From Raillietiella orientalis (Eukaryota): a stretch of 64,000 bases of DNA. Positions 33,861 through 46,766 of this stretch are shown here, piece after piece; within the stretch, counting starts at the first letter, position 1, and each line of letters opens with the position of its first letter. The position numbers and the translations under genes were made by a program. The notes below the pieces were generated by a model. That model was not told the origin of the DNA and made no database searches. It worked only from the letters and a program-made list of their open reading frames with translations. The stretch spans positions 4,464,001-4,528,000 of the forward strand of contig JAYWIR010000003.1 in assembly GCA_036172245.1 (NCBI GenBank), written 5' to 3'.

Positions 33861-36800
33861 TATGGTTCCACAGCCGCCGCCGCTTGTTCCGAAAAATCGT
33901 ACCGGCTCGATGTGCAGTTACACTCTGGATAGTCTCTGGAGCGTGGAAGGAATACGGATTCCCGTCTGGAGTAGCTGGATCAAAGATTTACTGCTTCCTT
34001 TAATTCTAAAGAGAGCATGAAGAATGGGACCATCGTGTCGTAATAGGTAATATGAAGTTCTGCACATTGCAAGGGAGGCACCCGTCCATTAACAGGCATT
34101 TTCCCTCATGGCAAAGCCAGGGAAGATGGATCGCCGGATTTAAAGGCCACGCAGCTGGACTTCCGAGATTTCCAGACGCCTACCTGGTCCTCTTCCCGAA
34201 GAACGGAGGTTCAGATTTTATCGTCGCAGCTAATGCCTGCGCGTCTTAAATGTTCCCGGAATTTGTCCGAATTTTGAGCCGTCCTGGGTTTCGGAAGTCT
34301 TTCTGAGGCTCCCGAACGCTTCGCCCTCCCGACGATGGCGCTGCTGTACAAAGCAACGGATCCCTGAAATGGGAATGACGAAGCGGAACTTTGCATCATC
34401 TCCCGAGACTTCCAGAGAACTTTGACAAGCAGCATGCTCTGCTCCCTGAGATGGGGCTTATTTTATGCTTGAGCCATCGATGCAGCATGCCAAAGAGCCT
34501 TCGCGATCGCCATTTTCCATTGTTTACAACAATGCCGGATATCCCAACAATCGCGACGTCAACGAATGATTTCAACAATGAAAACAGACGCTCTGTTGGT
34601 TGTTGCTCTCTGCTCGCTCCAGAAATTTGTTTGCTGCTTACGTCCGTTTCAGCTTTTGCAGCTTCCTCGCTGGATTCTATCCTGGCTCGCCGTGTGGGGT
34701 GCACCGCGTCGCAGTGCGCGAGACCGAACGAGGGATGTCATGTGACCGGAAAAGCTTCCACCCCCCAAGGTCTGCGTGGTCGCAAATGTACGTCCCCTCC
34801 TCCGGCGTCGCTGTTTACTGGACTCCTCCAGAAAATGTGAAGCGAAAAGACGAGATGCTGAAAACGGTGGAGAAAATTTGAGCGATAGTCGAAGGACCTG
34901 CTGAATTGAAAAGTGGACGCCCCGCCGGACTCGAGGAACGGAGCTGCTCGTGGAACTCCATCTGTTACACGTGTTCAACACGCGGGCGTTTTGGCAGTAC
35001 ATGGGACGCTTGCAGAATGAGAACTGTCGCCGAGAAAAACGAGGGGATCTGCAACGTGGTTGGGATCTGTCACATCAATGAGCGATGCGTGATAACAAAA
35101 AGTAGCCTCTTGGAATCACAAAGTCAAGAGAGGTTCGCAGGGGTTCACTGGGGGTCACCACTCAGTGGCCTCTTTCCTATGAAACGTCCTAGAGGCCTCC
35201 AGACTCTACCATACCTGCCGAAGGTTCCTCACGGTTTCAGGACGGTTAAATCAACACCGAGGAGGTATTTAGCCTCACGAGAACGGAAAAAGAAGAGAAT
35301 TACCAGGAGTCAAGTGTCCAATCGTCCTACCATTGAGGAAACAAAGGACTTCAGACTGAGGTCAGGGCAGTCATCTTCGGCGCACTAGACGCCTGGAACT
35401 CAAGGAACGATGGGGAGTAATCTGCGAGTTCGGTATCCGGAAGCGGTATGTGGACACAAAGAGGCAGTTGACGGTGGCCTCTTGCATCAAACACAGCAGG
35501 GATGTCCACTGGACGCACCGTCTAGGACACCCTCCGGGCGACGCCATTAATGCACGAAGACGAGAAACAGATGCAAAAGAAGGGAGTCTCTCATCGAACC
35601 CACGAAGAGCGAAGAAGACGTAAGCGGAAGATAGAGAGACACGGCAGAGCACCCCATTCGCTTGATATTTTTATGCACTAATGCGAAGATAATTTAAACA
35701 AAATCTGTTCTTAGCCTGCGCGGGGCTCAACCGCACAAGAAACCCATTGAGACCACTCAACGAAAATGGCGGCTCGATGCTTGCGACAGAAAACATCGAA
35801 GCTAAAAGAAGTTCAACTCGAAGCCCAACGGCCGAACGGGAAGTGGGTGCTGTGAAGCTGATATCGCAAGCATTGAGACACAATCGGATCGGATTGTGCC
35901 TGATACAATCGAATCCTCGGAATAAATGAAAACTGCCGTTATCTTCAGCAACACCTCGACCTTTCTGGTGAGCGTAGCAACGGGGATGAAGAGACGCGAA
36001 ACACGGAGGGATTCCTCGAAATCAGATTGCAAATTCTTATCATGAAACTGCTTGCGAGCCGAGTCGTGTGTTGCATTGGAAATCATCACGTGCTGCTGCA
36101 GAAAGCCCGCAAGGACGATGACTTCGGTTCCCATTTGTGGGAAGAGAATTTTTTTTTTTTTTTTGTTCTCAGAGAACAAAGCAGTGCTCTTAAGATAATT
36201 TACGGAAAGCGAAATGAGTCAGGAAATGAAGCAGAAATTTCCCTGCTCTCAGCGTGTGTGCGCAGCAAATGCGACCTCACTATCTTCGAGGAATTCGCAC
36301 GGTGCAACGTGCACACACCGTTTATTGCAGACGCACACTCTTGGAGAAGAGCTCGCGCCTGCACTTTAAAGACGCGTTCTCTTGGTTTCAAGGAGTTGTC
36401 TCAGGAATAGAGCGAGGCGTAGCTTTGATTGAATGCATCCACGCTTCGTAGGCACGGGATCAAAATTACACGGAGGCAAACGGACTCGAGGGGAAGAATT
36501 GCCGAAGACTCCAGAAGGAAGTTTGGTGGCGGCAATGGAAGCGGGGCAGACTGTCAAGGAACCCATTTTTTTTTCTTTTTTTTTTTATCCACCTATCCAA
36601 GTCCAGGCCAAGGATGTCTCCAAGTTACCAGCAGTCGTGCAGGACAACGGCGCTTTGAAGTCTCCAGGTTCTCTGGGGCTACAGCTGAACCCATTTCTGC
36701 TGGCCTGCTGGGCTAGCGGTGCCCTCACATGGCAACGCTTCTCCGCTCCTCCTTGGCTGTAGTTACGGAGACCCGCCCTGGAGAAACAACGAGGTCTCGC

Positions 36801-37199
36801 TGGAGACAAATCTTTTCGAGTGGAGAGGCTGGGGAATTCTCTGCCCCTCCAGTTGCTCCCCACGCGAGGAAGCTCTCACGCCGTACCGATCCAGAAGGAT
36901 ATCGGAGGAACCCCAGAACGCTGTTCCTCATCCCCTGGATCAAAAAAAAATCCTATCTCAATGTTCACGCCAGAAACACCAGCATCCGGACGAAGTCCAG
37001 AAAACGAGCGTCTTTCGATGTCTGCTTCCGATCTTGTTCCCCCCCCCCCCTTTCCTCCCCTCCCTTCCTTCAAGCAATGAGTTCCTTCAGTCATCCAGAA
37101 CCTCAGGTTTTGCTTCCAGAGCCCGAAACGATGTGCCCACAGGAATTTCATTGAGATCGCCATGTAGAAAATTAAGGGTCTTCCCAAAGTCACAATGCC

Positions 37200-38997
37200 C
37201 TGCTTCTCCATCAGAATCGCAGTTGCTTCCTGTCCTAGCCGGGAGTGGAAAATCTATGGGGACACTCAAGGACAGTGGGCGAACCGATCGCCATCCACCC
37301 GTGCCATTTTTTATGAGGATCCTCTTGGAAAATGGAAAGCTCCATCTTCCCCCAGCCACGCCCAAAGGGAACGCGAGAACATTACCATGTATTCCCGTTG
37401 CCTTGAGCTCTTGACTCGAAGTCATCCATCGTTGCCTCTGCTGCCGGACTGGACAGGAAATCTGGAAAATTCGTCTTTGCTGCTCCTTCTGCGGAGTCCG
37501 GGATCTCAAATGCTTGTTTCCCTTCTTTCCCAAAGGAACTCGCCTTCCCCCAGCCCTCGAGGGCAACAGCGCGGCCTTAGCCCGCGCGCTGGTGCTCTCA
37601 GACGTCCGCGTTGCTCCGCTGTTTCCAAGGCTGCGGGGGATCTCTCGTGCCACCGCACAGCTCAAGGTCGGTAGCAGAGCTTGGAACCTCTTCCGCACTT
37701 GGGCGCTTCCGCAGAGCGAAGGAATCCCTTGGCGACCCAAGAGCGCATCTGCCCAAGCTCAGAGGATCTCTTGGATGCGCACCGATAGGTCAGGCTTTTT
37801 CAAAACCCCAGCCTGCTTCCTTTCGCTCCCGCGCTACACAATCGTTCCGCTCCCAGGGCTGGAGGACCAGAGGGACACGGATCTTCCAACGGACCAGCGG
37901 GGAGCGGAAGCTAGGAATGGCAGTCTCCTCGTTGGCAGTTCCTGGATCCCAGGAATAAGTGCTAGAGGCAGGATGAAATAAATGCCATGCGACAGAGGCG
38001 ATGAGCATCGAGGGACAGCCATCCGCCGTTTAAGCAAGGTAGCAGCAATTCGCGTCCTCCCTAAGCAGCATGCAGCCGAGAGATGCGAGGCGCTCGTTAC
38101 CCTTCTGGAACCGGAGCGCAGTCCACTTCGGGATGCCCCTTGAGTGCGCATCCCGAAGCAGCGCGTCCAGGCTCAAAAAAACCATGGCGGTGGGTGCTCG
38201 CCCTGCAGCGCTACGTGTCCTGCGAGCGCGCGCGTTGGGGAGAGCTGCTAGATTTTCCGTGGGAACATCTGAAGTGGCCCCCGGTGCACATGAATACACA
38301 CACCCTCCCCTTGAAGTGGCAGGAGTCGGTGGTGCTGCTGCTGCACTAGGATCTCCCGTGCAACGCTGCCCACCGGCAGCACTGGACGCGTGGGGGGGAA
38401 TGGATCCGAACTATGTCAGGTGCAGGAAGCGTGAATCCCTCCCCCATCTGCTAGTGAATTGTGTTGCCCTCCGGCCCATCTAGAAACTATTGCTGCTACC
38501 CTAGGAACCCCCGGCGGCAACTCGAGGGACGCTATAAAACCCTTCTTCTTTCGCGACGCTCTTCGGCCAGCGGCCTCCCTGGCAGTCCTGTGTCGCCTAT
38601 CGTCGCTGCATGGAGCGATGCAAGGGGAGGGCACAGCGACAGGGATGCCACATCCACTACTCCATCCGCTTCATGAGGATGGCAACGCGATGGCCCCACC
38701 TGGACAACTTAATGCAGCAAAAGCTTGCCGGAATCCTGCAAAGGACCCGCCCCAGCATACAGTGATCCCCTCCCTTGCTTACATATCCCACCTCCCCGAA
38801 GTTGTTTTATTTATCTTTTTTGTTTTTGTTTTTTTCTTTTTGTCTCTCCCCTCCCCTCTGCTACCGTGGCGGACCGCGCTGGAACCGGTGCCCGGCAGAC
38901 TCCCGTTGAATTGCGACGTGGTTGGACCACTGGTCCAGCCATAGATTTCGAAAATGTTTATTTGTTTTATGAATAAACTCCCCGGTGTACCCGGGTG
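37200..38997 (+). mobile_element. 5'-truncated L1/Tx1-like LINE (ORF2 3' part plus 3' UTR)
   Basis: 'WALPQSEGIPW' (cf. LP..GGLG), 'LPLKWQESVVLLLH' and 'ESLPHLLVNCVALRPI'. Clear homology to the reverse complement of 26.7-27.45 kb. AATAAA at 38972. The 5' boundary is uncertain. Confidence 0.85.
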
Positions 38998-39399
38998 GGA
39001 AATCGAGCGAGCGCGCGGAAACGAGTCGAGGTCTTCGGCCGGCTCTGCGCGCCCGCGTGAGCGAGAGCATATGTGCCTCGCTTCGAAGACGGAGAGAAGG
39101 AATCGCTCCCAAGAAAACTTCGGCGAGCAGCGCGGGGACCGGTCCAGAGCTCTCCCGAGAATCGAAAACGGGAAAGGGCAGAGGAACTGTCCCAGGTGCG
39201 CCTACGTCGAGATCCCGAAGGAACTGGCGATCTCTTCGTGGACGTCCTTGTGGGGGAGGGGGAGAGGGTCTCCGCAGGCAGGCTCTGGCAGCCTGCGTGC
39301 TCTTCGAAGTCAGAGGCTCCACGGCGCCTTCAGCGAACGCACGGAGAGAGAGAGAGAAGAAGAAGAAGAAGGGAGACACTGAGCATCCATTTCAGACAC

Positions 39400-40150
39400 T
39401 TCGCGCGTCAGGAAGCTGGTGGAACCGTCCCCATCACTGCCTGTGCCTCCTCCAACCTCCACGAGAGTGAAGGAAGCACCACAAGCGACAGGTCCGACTC
39501 GGCGACGAGGCAACGGAAAGCACGCGCGCGACACGCAACGTTAGCTCCTGGCGTGCGTTCCCGCAGTGCCTTTGCTGCATCCTCCTGCGCGCCCCTGGAG
39601 GTCCCTTGGTGGTCCCGATCGTGCAGAAACACCTCTTCCTCCTTCCTCCCGGGAATTCTTCGCGGAGAGAGGACGGCTTGATCCTCGTCCCTCCGCGCTC
39701 AACTACTCTACCTTCTTCTTCCTCTTCACCCATCCCCCCCCGCACCGCGCTCCGTAGACCTCTTAGGGTGCACCTTGAGATCTGCGTCTGCTTACGAACA
39801 AGAAAAGCAATCTCTAGATGACCTCCACAGGACGCCGCAGATGGGCAGGTCTTCGAACCAACTCCCTCTGGGCACGTCCCTTTAGTGCGAGAGCTCCCTC
39901 CCTCGCTGCAAGAGCGAGGCACTCCTGCGGAGCCTGACGCGCACGCTTTGTCCCTCCCGTTCTGCGCTCCCCATGCAGGGTCGCAGGACAGTATCGTTGC
40001 CGCTGAACTTCAGGAAGGCGCGATTATTGCTAGTTGAAAACATGCAGAGTCGGTGCCGCCATCCTTTCCAAAGTTTCTCCTGAAGCTTCAACAGAGGACC
40101 TCTGCCTTCCCTTCGGAACGCCATGGCCGCCGTCTCCACCACCGCCGTCA
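39400..40150 (-). mobile_element. Decayed LINE ORF1 N-terminal relic
   Basis: 'RLCMFSTSNNRAFLKFSGNDTV' resembles the Tx1-type ORF1 'SRISNNR..+' motif. Confidence 0.4.
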
Positions 40151-40174
40151 CTCGCATGTGGCGTTGCTCAGGAC

Positions 40175-40260
40175 CCTCCTCCTTCCTTCCTCCTCCTTCT
40201 CTCTCTTCCTCCTCCTTCTCTCTCTTCTTCCTCTTCCTCCTTCCTTCCTTTCTTCTGTCT
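40175..40260. repeat. Polypyrimidine (CT/TCC) low-complexity tract
   Basis: Read directly; a polypurine tract follows at about 40420-40500. Confidence 0.85.
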
Positions 40261-40619
40261 CGCAGCCGGCGAGTGGGAGCGGTCATACGTGAATAATCCG
40301 CTTAAGGAGCTGCCTAGTGTGGTGCGCCTAGAAAGAGCACCTCCATCGTGGCTACTGAGGTGGTGGAAGCCGCAACAAGCCTCTTCTGCCTTTGACCACT
40401 ATGTAACAGGGAAGAAAGCGCGAGTGGAGGAAGGGAGAAAGGTAGGAAGAGAGGAGGAGGAGGAAGAAAATAGAGAAAAGGAAAAAAAGGAAAGAGAAGG
40501 AGCATGCTTGGATTTTTTTTTGCTTCTTCTTCTTACTGTCTCACGAACAGGAAGGGTGCCATCGAGGGTTTAGTAAAGGAAGGAAACTGGGGAGAAACTG
40601 GGGAGGGAAGGAGCTGCTA

Positions 40620-40940
40620 ACCATGTGACCTTTTCCACAGCCTGTACAGGTTGTCGATACAACGCTGAGCACGCACTCCACGGGGATCCAAAGACGGGGG
40701 AAAGAAGGAAAAGAGAAAAACGGTTGAGCAGGCTCCCGGTTGCCGTTGGAACCCCTCCAAGACCACAGCACTCCCCGCACCATGGCACAACGCAAAGAAC
40801 GGGGAGAAGCGCAACTTTCGGCGGCTCGTGCTGCGCGTGGCCGGAAATTCCACTCTGTCTCGAAAATGCGACAATCCTGGAAGCAATGTGGAAGGAAAAA
40901 CGAAAAAAGAAAGAAAATTTCCTATTGAGTGTTGCATGCT
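40620..40940 (+). mobile_element. Possible LINE ORF2 C-terminal zinc-finger relic
   Basis: 'CTGCRYNAEHALHGDP' (cf. C..C...EHAL..CP) and 'ILEAMWKEK' (cf. IWK.RN). Confidence 0.4.
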
Positions 40941-42399
40941 GAAACCCATTCATTGTGCCTACGGAACTTTAGGAAGAAAAGCAACAACGCTAGCACCGCC
41001 ATACTAATTCAGGTGCGCGTCGCAATATCCTCTGTTACCAGCAGGACATTCCTCCCAAACAAGGACGCGCTGCTGCTGTGCTCTGCATACCCCTGGACGG
41101 AACCGGCATGACGCGATCATCCCAGACAAAGCTCTGGCTATGGGGACAGGGCACTGGAAGGAAGGAAGGGTAGTAAGCGCTTCTTCCGAGGTTTCATGGA
41201 AGGGGTGCACCGGAGCCTAAGATAATGGACCTTGAAGGAGGCAGAATTCCCAAGGCCTGAGGTATGGTATCCGATCCAGCCGAACAGATGACAAAACGCC
41301 GGCAAGGAACGAAAGTGGCCCTAATGGCAAGAAGACTTCGGTCTTACAGCTCGATCGACGTTGAAAGAGTGCGCCTGCGGCTCGAGTACAGCTGCCGATA
41401 TCAGGTAATTAAGATCGTGTAGAAGAAGTGACTTTCAATTCAAATACACTCAGTGACCACTTGCCCGGAGCTCCGTCTCGGACTTTTCTGGAAAACAACT
41501 CGGGGAGCTCGCCAACTCGCTTACGCCATTTCTGGAACACATGTAGGGCAAGTCGCACATCATTCTGCGTGTGACAGTTACCTGCAGGAAACACGCTGTT
41601 CTAGAAGATGTTTGCGTAGATGCGAAGGAAAAGAAAGCGACACAAACAAGAATCTAAAAGTCGCGCAACAGAAAGGCATGTGACCCGTGGATGTCTTCCA
41701 AAAGTGGCCAGCTGCGGCCTCGCACTCTTCGCCTCACAAACATTGGAAGAGTCGTCACCTCTTGCCAAGGTGACGCAACGGCTAGCGAATGACAACAGCC
41801 GATGGGACCATGGATTATTCGCACCCTGTGGCATCTAAGCAAAGATAAATTTTTCGAGTAGCAGGCATCCTCCTGGCAACTGCTTCTTTACCTTGAATTG
41901 ATTTATGGTTATCCGTGATCCCTGGACACGTAGTCTCGAAATATGAGAAAAGCCACACAGGCAATCAGGGACGTCTGTCTCTCCAAGTTCCACTGACGAA
42001 CTGGAGGAAACCAACAATCACCGTGCTTTCAATGTTCCATGGAATGGCGGCTTAAAATACGAGGGAAGGGTCAAGGAAAGCATCCCTTTCGTACGAACAA
42101 ATGAGCTCGCAGAAGTCTACAAGGAAAGAAAGGAAAAAAAAAAACATACCCAACGAAAGACACTCCAGTCCATCGCCAGGCTGATCACTGACCCAGGCAA
42201 ACGTGACTGAAGATGAAGGTTAGGTGCGCTTCAGAATGGAGAGCCCGTCCCATCGAGGATTTCGGCAGGCGGAGGCTCCGGCCCGCCCGCCCTCAGCTTG
42301 AGAAACCTGTCCTCTGAGCCGTCTTCTTTGTCTTCTGCCCAACATTCCTCAGGCGTTGTGAATCCGTGACCCGCGATCTTCCACGATACTAGGCGGATG

Positions 42400-43465
42400 C
42401 TTGGCGAGGGGACCCTTCCAGTGGAGAGGGGAGGGTTGCCGAGGCAACCAGGTTGGAGCAGGCGCCTGAGGTGAGATGTCTAGGCATTCGGAAAGCGCCG
42501 GTTTCCAGCAATTCTTCTTTGGAACCCCTGAAGCCCGGTCTTGCTGTTTGCCGAAATTCCGGATGGAGATACGTCTGCGAAATCGGCCCGGCACATGTGC
42601 AAAGCACGGAACGTTCCGTGGCGACCAGAAAGTACACAAAGCAGATCGATCTCGTGAAAGCGTTGGTCGCCTGTTTGAGCAAAGCGATGGACCCGCGGAG
42701 CGCACGTTGCCTAGTAGATCCGAGATTGGATTTCTCAAGGAAGCTGATTTTCGGGGAGTTTCTAATTTGCAGCGCGACGTGAGGGAGCAAACAGACCGTG
42801 AGCTGCGAGGGTGATGGAACTTCAGGAGGCGGAAGTGGCCGATCCCGACAGCCGATCTCCGGATTCTCGAAAGATCTGCGACCACACCGGGGATCGGAGA
42901 AGTCCGCAACGGCGACCGCTGCCGGTAGGCGCGGGCACCTCTGTACCGAGTGGGTCTCCTCAAGAAGGAAGGCGTGTCACGCGTGGAAAGGAAGAATCCC
43001 GCCCCCACGTCCCCCTTTCTTCCTCCCTCGCTCGCAGGGGGGAGGACGAAGCGCGTCACGCGAGAGGCACCTCCGAGGAAGGCACGAGGGCGTCGAGGGG
43101 AGAAAAGTGCAGGGCGCCATGCAACGCAAAATGGAGGCGGCTGCGAAGTGCGTGCGCAGGGCGCGCGCGCGCCTCCTTGAGAGCGTCTGCCCGGCTTCGG
43201 CGGTCTCGATGGTGGTGGTGGTGCTGCTGCTGCCCCACCTCTCCCTACCCTTCCCTCCCTGCTCGAGGCAGACCCTCGGCAATCCTCATCACTCTGAGGC
43301 AGGTCCATCACGTTTCCATTTGTTTATTTTATTTACATGGCTCTCCTCTCCCGAGCGCTGCTCCCGTTGAGGTTTGGACCCTTTCGTTCCGGGCGGCACA
43401 TGTCGGACTCTTTTCTCATTATTTATTAACCTATTTTGAATAAATGGTCCCGGCGATCCCGGATG
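42400..43465 (+). mobile_element. Internally deleted LINE relic with 3' UTR
   Basis: 'PFQW...EVRCLGI' RT-thumb-like remnant, U-rich/CT-rich 3' UTR, and AATAAA (43439) followed by CCCGG-CGATC-CCGG. Confidence 0.6.
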
Positions 43466-44199
43466 AAGAGGTCGCCTCCTCTGAGATTTTTGCCATCAGC
43501 CAATGAGCATCTCGGGGTCGAGCCATCGAGAGGGCTGCACCACGCTTGAGACGGAAAGCCTCCCCCGCAGCCAGGTGGGAGCGGTGGCTGAATTACAGCT
43601 CCGACCTGCCCTCCGACTCGGGTCCGATTCCCGGCGCGGGCCTCCGGGGGAGTTCCAGCCGGGTGGAGCAGGCCCTGCCTTAGCCGCCCTGAATATTCCC
43701 GAGGCGCGGCGAAGGGGCGCGCGGAGAGGGCGTTGAAGGTCACGGGAGATGCTCCACACCCCCTCCGGATGCTTTCTTCTACAAGGGAAAAGACCCCGGG
43801 GTCTGGAGGAGCCATTCCCCGCCTTGTTGGACGACGCAGCACTTTCTCTTCAAGGGACGAGGAAGAAAAAGGAAGGACTTTGAAGCCGGGAGGGGTAAAA
43901 CACACACACATACACACAGACACAGCAAAGAAAGAATACTTGACTTGGAGATATCTGCATCTCTCGTATCTACAGGAGAATGCATGAATTTCTCTTCAGT
44001 ACCGTAAAGTTCTCCAGCGGCTCCACCTTAGGTTCCCCACACGCACCCCGTCGGACCTCTGGGGAAAGGGGGGGGGGGAGAACGGGCCCTTCTTTATGTT
44101 TGCTTTCACGGCATTTCGGCGAGGTGGACGCCAACATCACCTGCAGAAGAGAGAAAGCATTCTCTTTATTCCCTGCTTACTGCCGCACCTCACCTAGCT

Positions 44200-44700
44200 G
44201 GCAACCCCTTGGCCCCCAACAAGACGCATGGATGCCCACTGGAGACGAGCCCAAGTCATCATGTTATGGGCAATGCCCCAGAAACAGGGCATCTCGCAGA
44301 GGTGAAGGAAGAAGACGCTGCAAAGAGACGCTTCTCGACCGCTGCTGACAGGCAACAGCGGCTGGAGCATCTGTGGAATTTGCCGGTACGGGGCGCAGAG
44401 AAGCTTTGCCGCCTCCACGGAGGCGTCTTAGGACTCGGGAGGGCAAGGCACCTTCTCAGGAACAGGAAGTGCGACATAGGTCTTCCGACTGTCCACCCGG
44501 CCATGGCATCTTCGACATAGAACAACCCTTGTCCAGTTAGTCCCCATTGAAATGGGAACCACGGATGAAAGATTTTTGGGGATATTCCAAATAACCCTTC
44601 TTCCCTCATATTAGGTGTGAAAGCTGCCTGTTGCTTTTCCCATGGGCACTGATTGAAAGGAATCCGAGGCTGCCAGTTGTGATTCAGTTTGTTCTTCAGC
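44200..44700 (-). mobile_element. Possible LINE ORF2 C-terminal relic
   Basis: Across a frameshift: 'IWNIPKNL...VLCRRCHGRVDS / MSHFLFL', which is zf-RVT-like. Confidence 0.35.
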
Positions 44701-46161
44701 CTGGTTGTTCTTCTTTGTAGGCTTCCTCCTCGGGGAGCAGACAGCAGCCAAGTACCGTACGCTAGGTTGAATTCTTGAAAGTGCCGCAGAAGATGCTGGC
44801 AGGATCGATGGCGAGTCGTTTCTTGCGAACCGAATGTTCCAGACTCGCTCTTCGCATCAAGCGGAAGCTGCTCTGCCGAACCCTCACTGTCCTGCCTCGC
44901 CCTTCAACCACGAGGAGCCACCCTCACATGGGATTCCACCAGGTTACACCGGACGCCGTGCAAAACCCAGCGAGAGACGCATCTCATCCTGAAGCCACCC
45001 TATCCGAACATCACGGTACGTTTTACAGGGTACCCACTGCGCCCCCGAGCGCCTTGCGCCGTTGGTTCCGCCCACTCCGTGCAAGACGAGAGAATGAGCA
45101 GATCCGCGTTCGTTTTCTCCCGGGATAGAGAGGGAGGGGAAAGCCACCAACATGGAGCTCCTCCGCACACTCACCGGGAAAAGTTCTCGGTGCGGGGAAT
45201 TCTCGGATGTGTGTGTGGGAGTTACTTCCAGGAAAGCGAGGAGGGGGAAAGGCTCTTCCAGCTACAGGGACCCGTCGTTGAAGACAAAAGGGCCCCAAAG
45301 AAAGGGGGGGGGGGGAGGGCACCAACCTCCAGACCAGTGGCGAATAAAAAAACTGATCCCCGAGGTAGGTTGCAGCGAAAGACCACATGAATAATTCAAA
45401 TGAAGCCTTTCTCTTCCGACTTATTGCTCCCGCCGTATCCTTTCGATCTGCGCACTTCAATGGTAAGAAGAGATTCGCCTCCCAGGGATACAGGCGCTCG
45501 TACAGGGCAACAGAAAGCTGGGCATAGTCGCCCGCGTCCCGTCACGTTCGACCCAGGATGATCCGTGGTGACGAATTCTTCTCCTCCCCCATCCCTTTTT
45601 TTTCTCTCTCTCTCGTTTCCCCTGCTATCCGAAAGCAAAAGGAAAATACAAGAAAGTTGGCGGATCTCAGGAGCGCTGGCTGGTTTTCGAGAAAAAGAGA
45701 ATTTCGCCTCGAGCGAGAGGAATATGCGGGTCCCTAGAGTTTTGCTCTTCAATCCTCCGACGATCCGAAGAGCAGAAGGAAAATCGCCAGGAAGAAAAAA
45801 TTCACAGAGTGTTCGGAGCGCTCGAGGACACTGGGAAAGAGAGGGATGCCTTTCACCTGTCAGCCTCACGGCTTTCGAAAGAGGCTGTCACCAAGAGTCT
45901 TCCTCGTGGATTGGCCTCCAGCAGTTCAGTGGTCGGGGACAGACCGTGCTGTCCACTCTGGCAAACATGGCATCTGATTTAATATCATCTGATTTCCCCG
46001 GAGCAACTTTTCCACGTTTCAATACGTTTCCAAAGAGGGTCATGCGGAGATGATTGGAGCCCCTGCTTTATGCTCCATCCAGTTTCAAATTGAAATCCGC
46101 TTGGTTTTAATCTATAGTTCGGTCCGGGCGCGCAAGAGCGTGAAGTATTAGACGCTGTGCT

Positions 46162-46196
46162 AAAAAAAAAAAAAAGAAAAGAAAAGAAAAAAAAAA
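46162..46196. repeat. A-rich simple repeat (A14 plus GAAAA units)
   Basis: Read directly. Confidence 0.9.
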
Positions 46197-46685
46197 TTCG
46201 ATTCCCGAGTGCTTATCAATGATTTTATGGTAAGCAGGATGTTTGCATAAAGAACCGTTGTTCACGGCGATTGAGTTCCACGGACTCAGACAGCTTACTG
46301 ACGCCAGATATTCGTCGGAAGACGACTTTTCTGATGAAGCTGTGTGTCAGAGCAGAAAAACGACGCATCCGAGTTTCAACCGCCTGCACGCGAAACTTTG
46401 ATCTGATAAGCGAAGAAAGGAGAAAATCTGTCGCTAAGTTACATGTTCATAAATTACGAGACACATCTTTTAATGAGCCGTTACTTCATGAAGAGGCGTT
46501 TGCAATCGAAGGATGTTTTTTTTCTTCTTCTTCTTCTTTCTAATGGATTACGTCCGGTGAGATCTTGATTTCCGCAGCAATTTGTATCAGAGAGCACTTG
46601 GAAGAAGGAAGCGCCCGCGTCTTCTCCAAAAGCGCGCACTTTTTTTTTCCGCCCGCGCGCGAGCGCGTAGGCTAAGCAGTTTGCC

Positions 46686-46766
46686 AACAATGGTGGGTGC
46701 TTATTTATAGCAGCTTATTTATAGACCGACGCTGCAAACCGACGATATAAATAGCCGCTAACAATG
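46686..46766. promoter_or_regulatory. MEF2/Sox-like motif cluster
   Basis: TTATTTATAG at 46701 and 46715 (matches YTAWWWWTAR), near-match ATATAAATAG at 46745, flanked by AACAATG at 46686 and 46760. Confidence 0.4.

Noticed and set aside
38975..39030. Hammerhead ribozyme at the LINE 3' ends (hairpin, then TGA-like bases, GAAACGAGT downstream; GTC before the stem at 43446)
   Set aside because: No copy has an intact CTGANGA core together with stem II. The 62.37 kb copy runs directly into an A-tail, so a plain terminal hairpin is the simpler explanation.
41899..41908. Exd/Pbx-Hox composite site TGATTTATGG, and the idea that this is a Hox cluster
   Set aside because: It is an isolated motif; I found no homeobox exon (WFQNRR) and no miR-10, iab-4 or miR-196 sequence.
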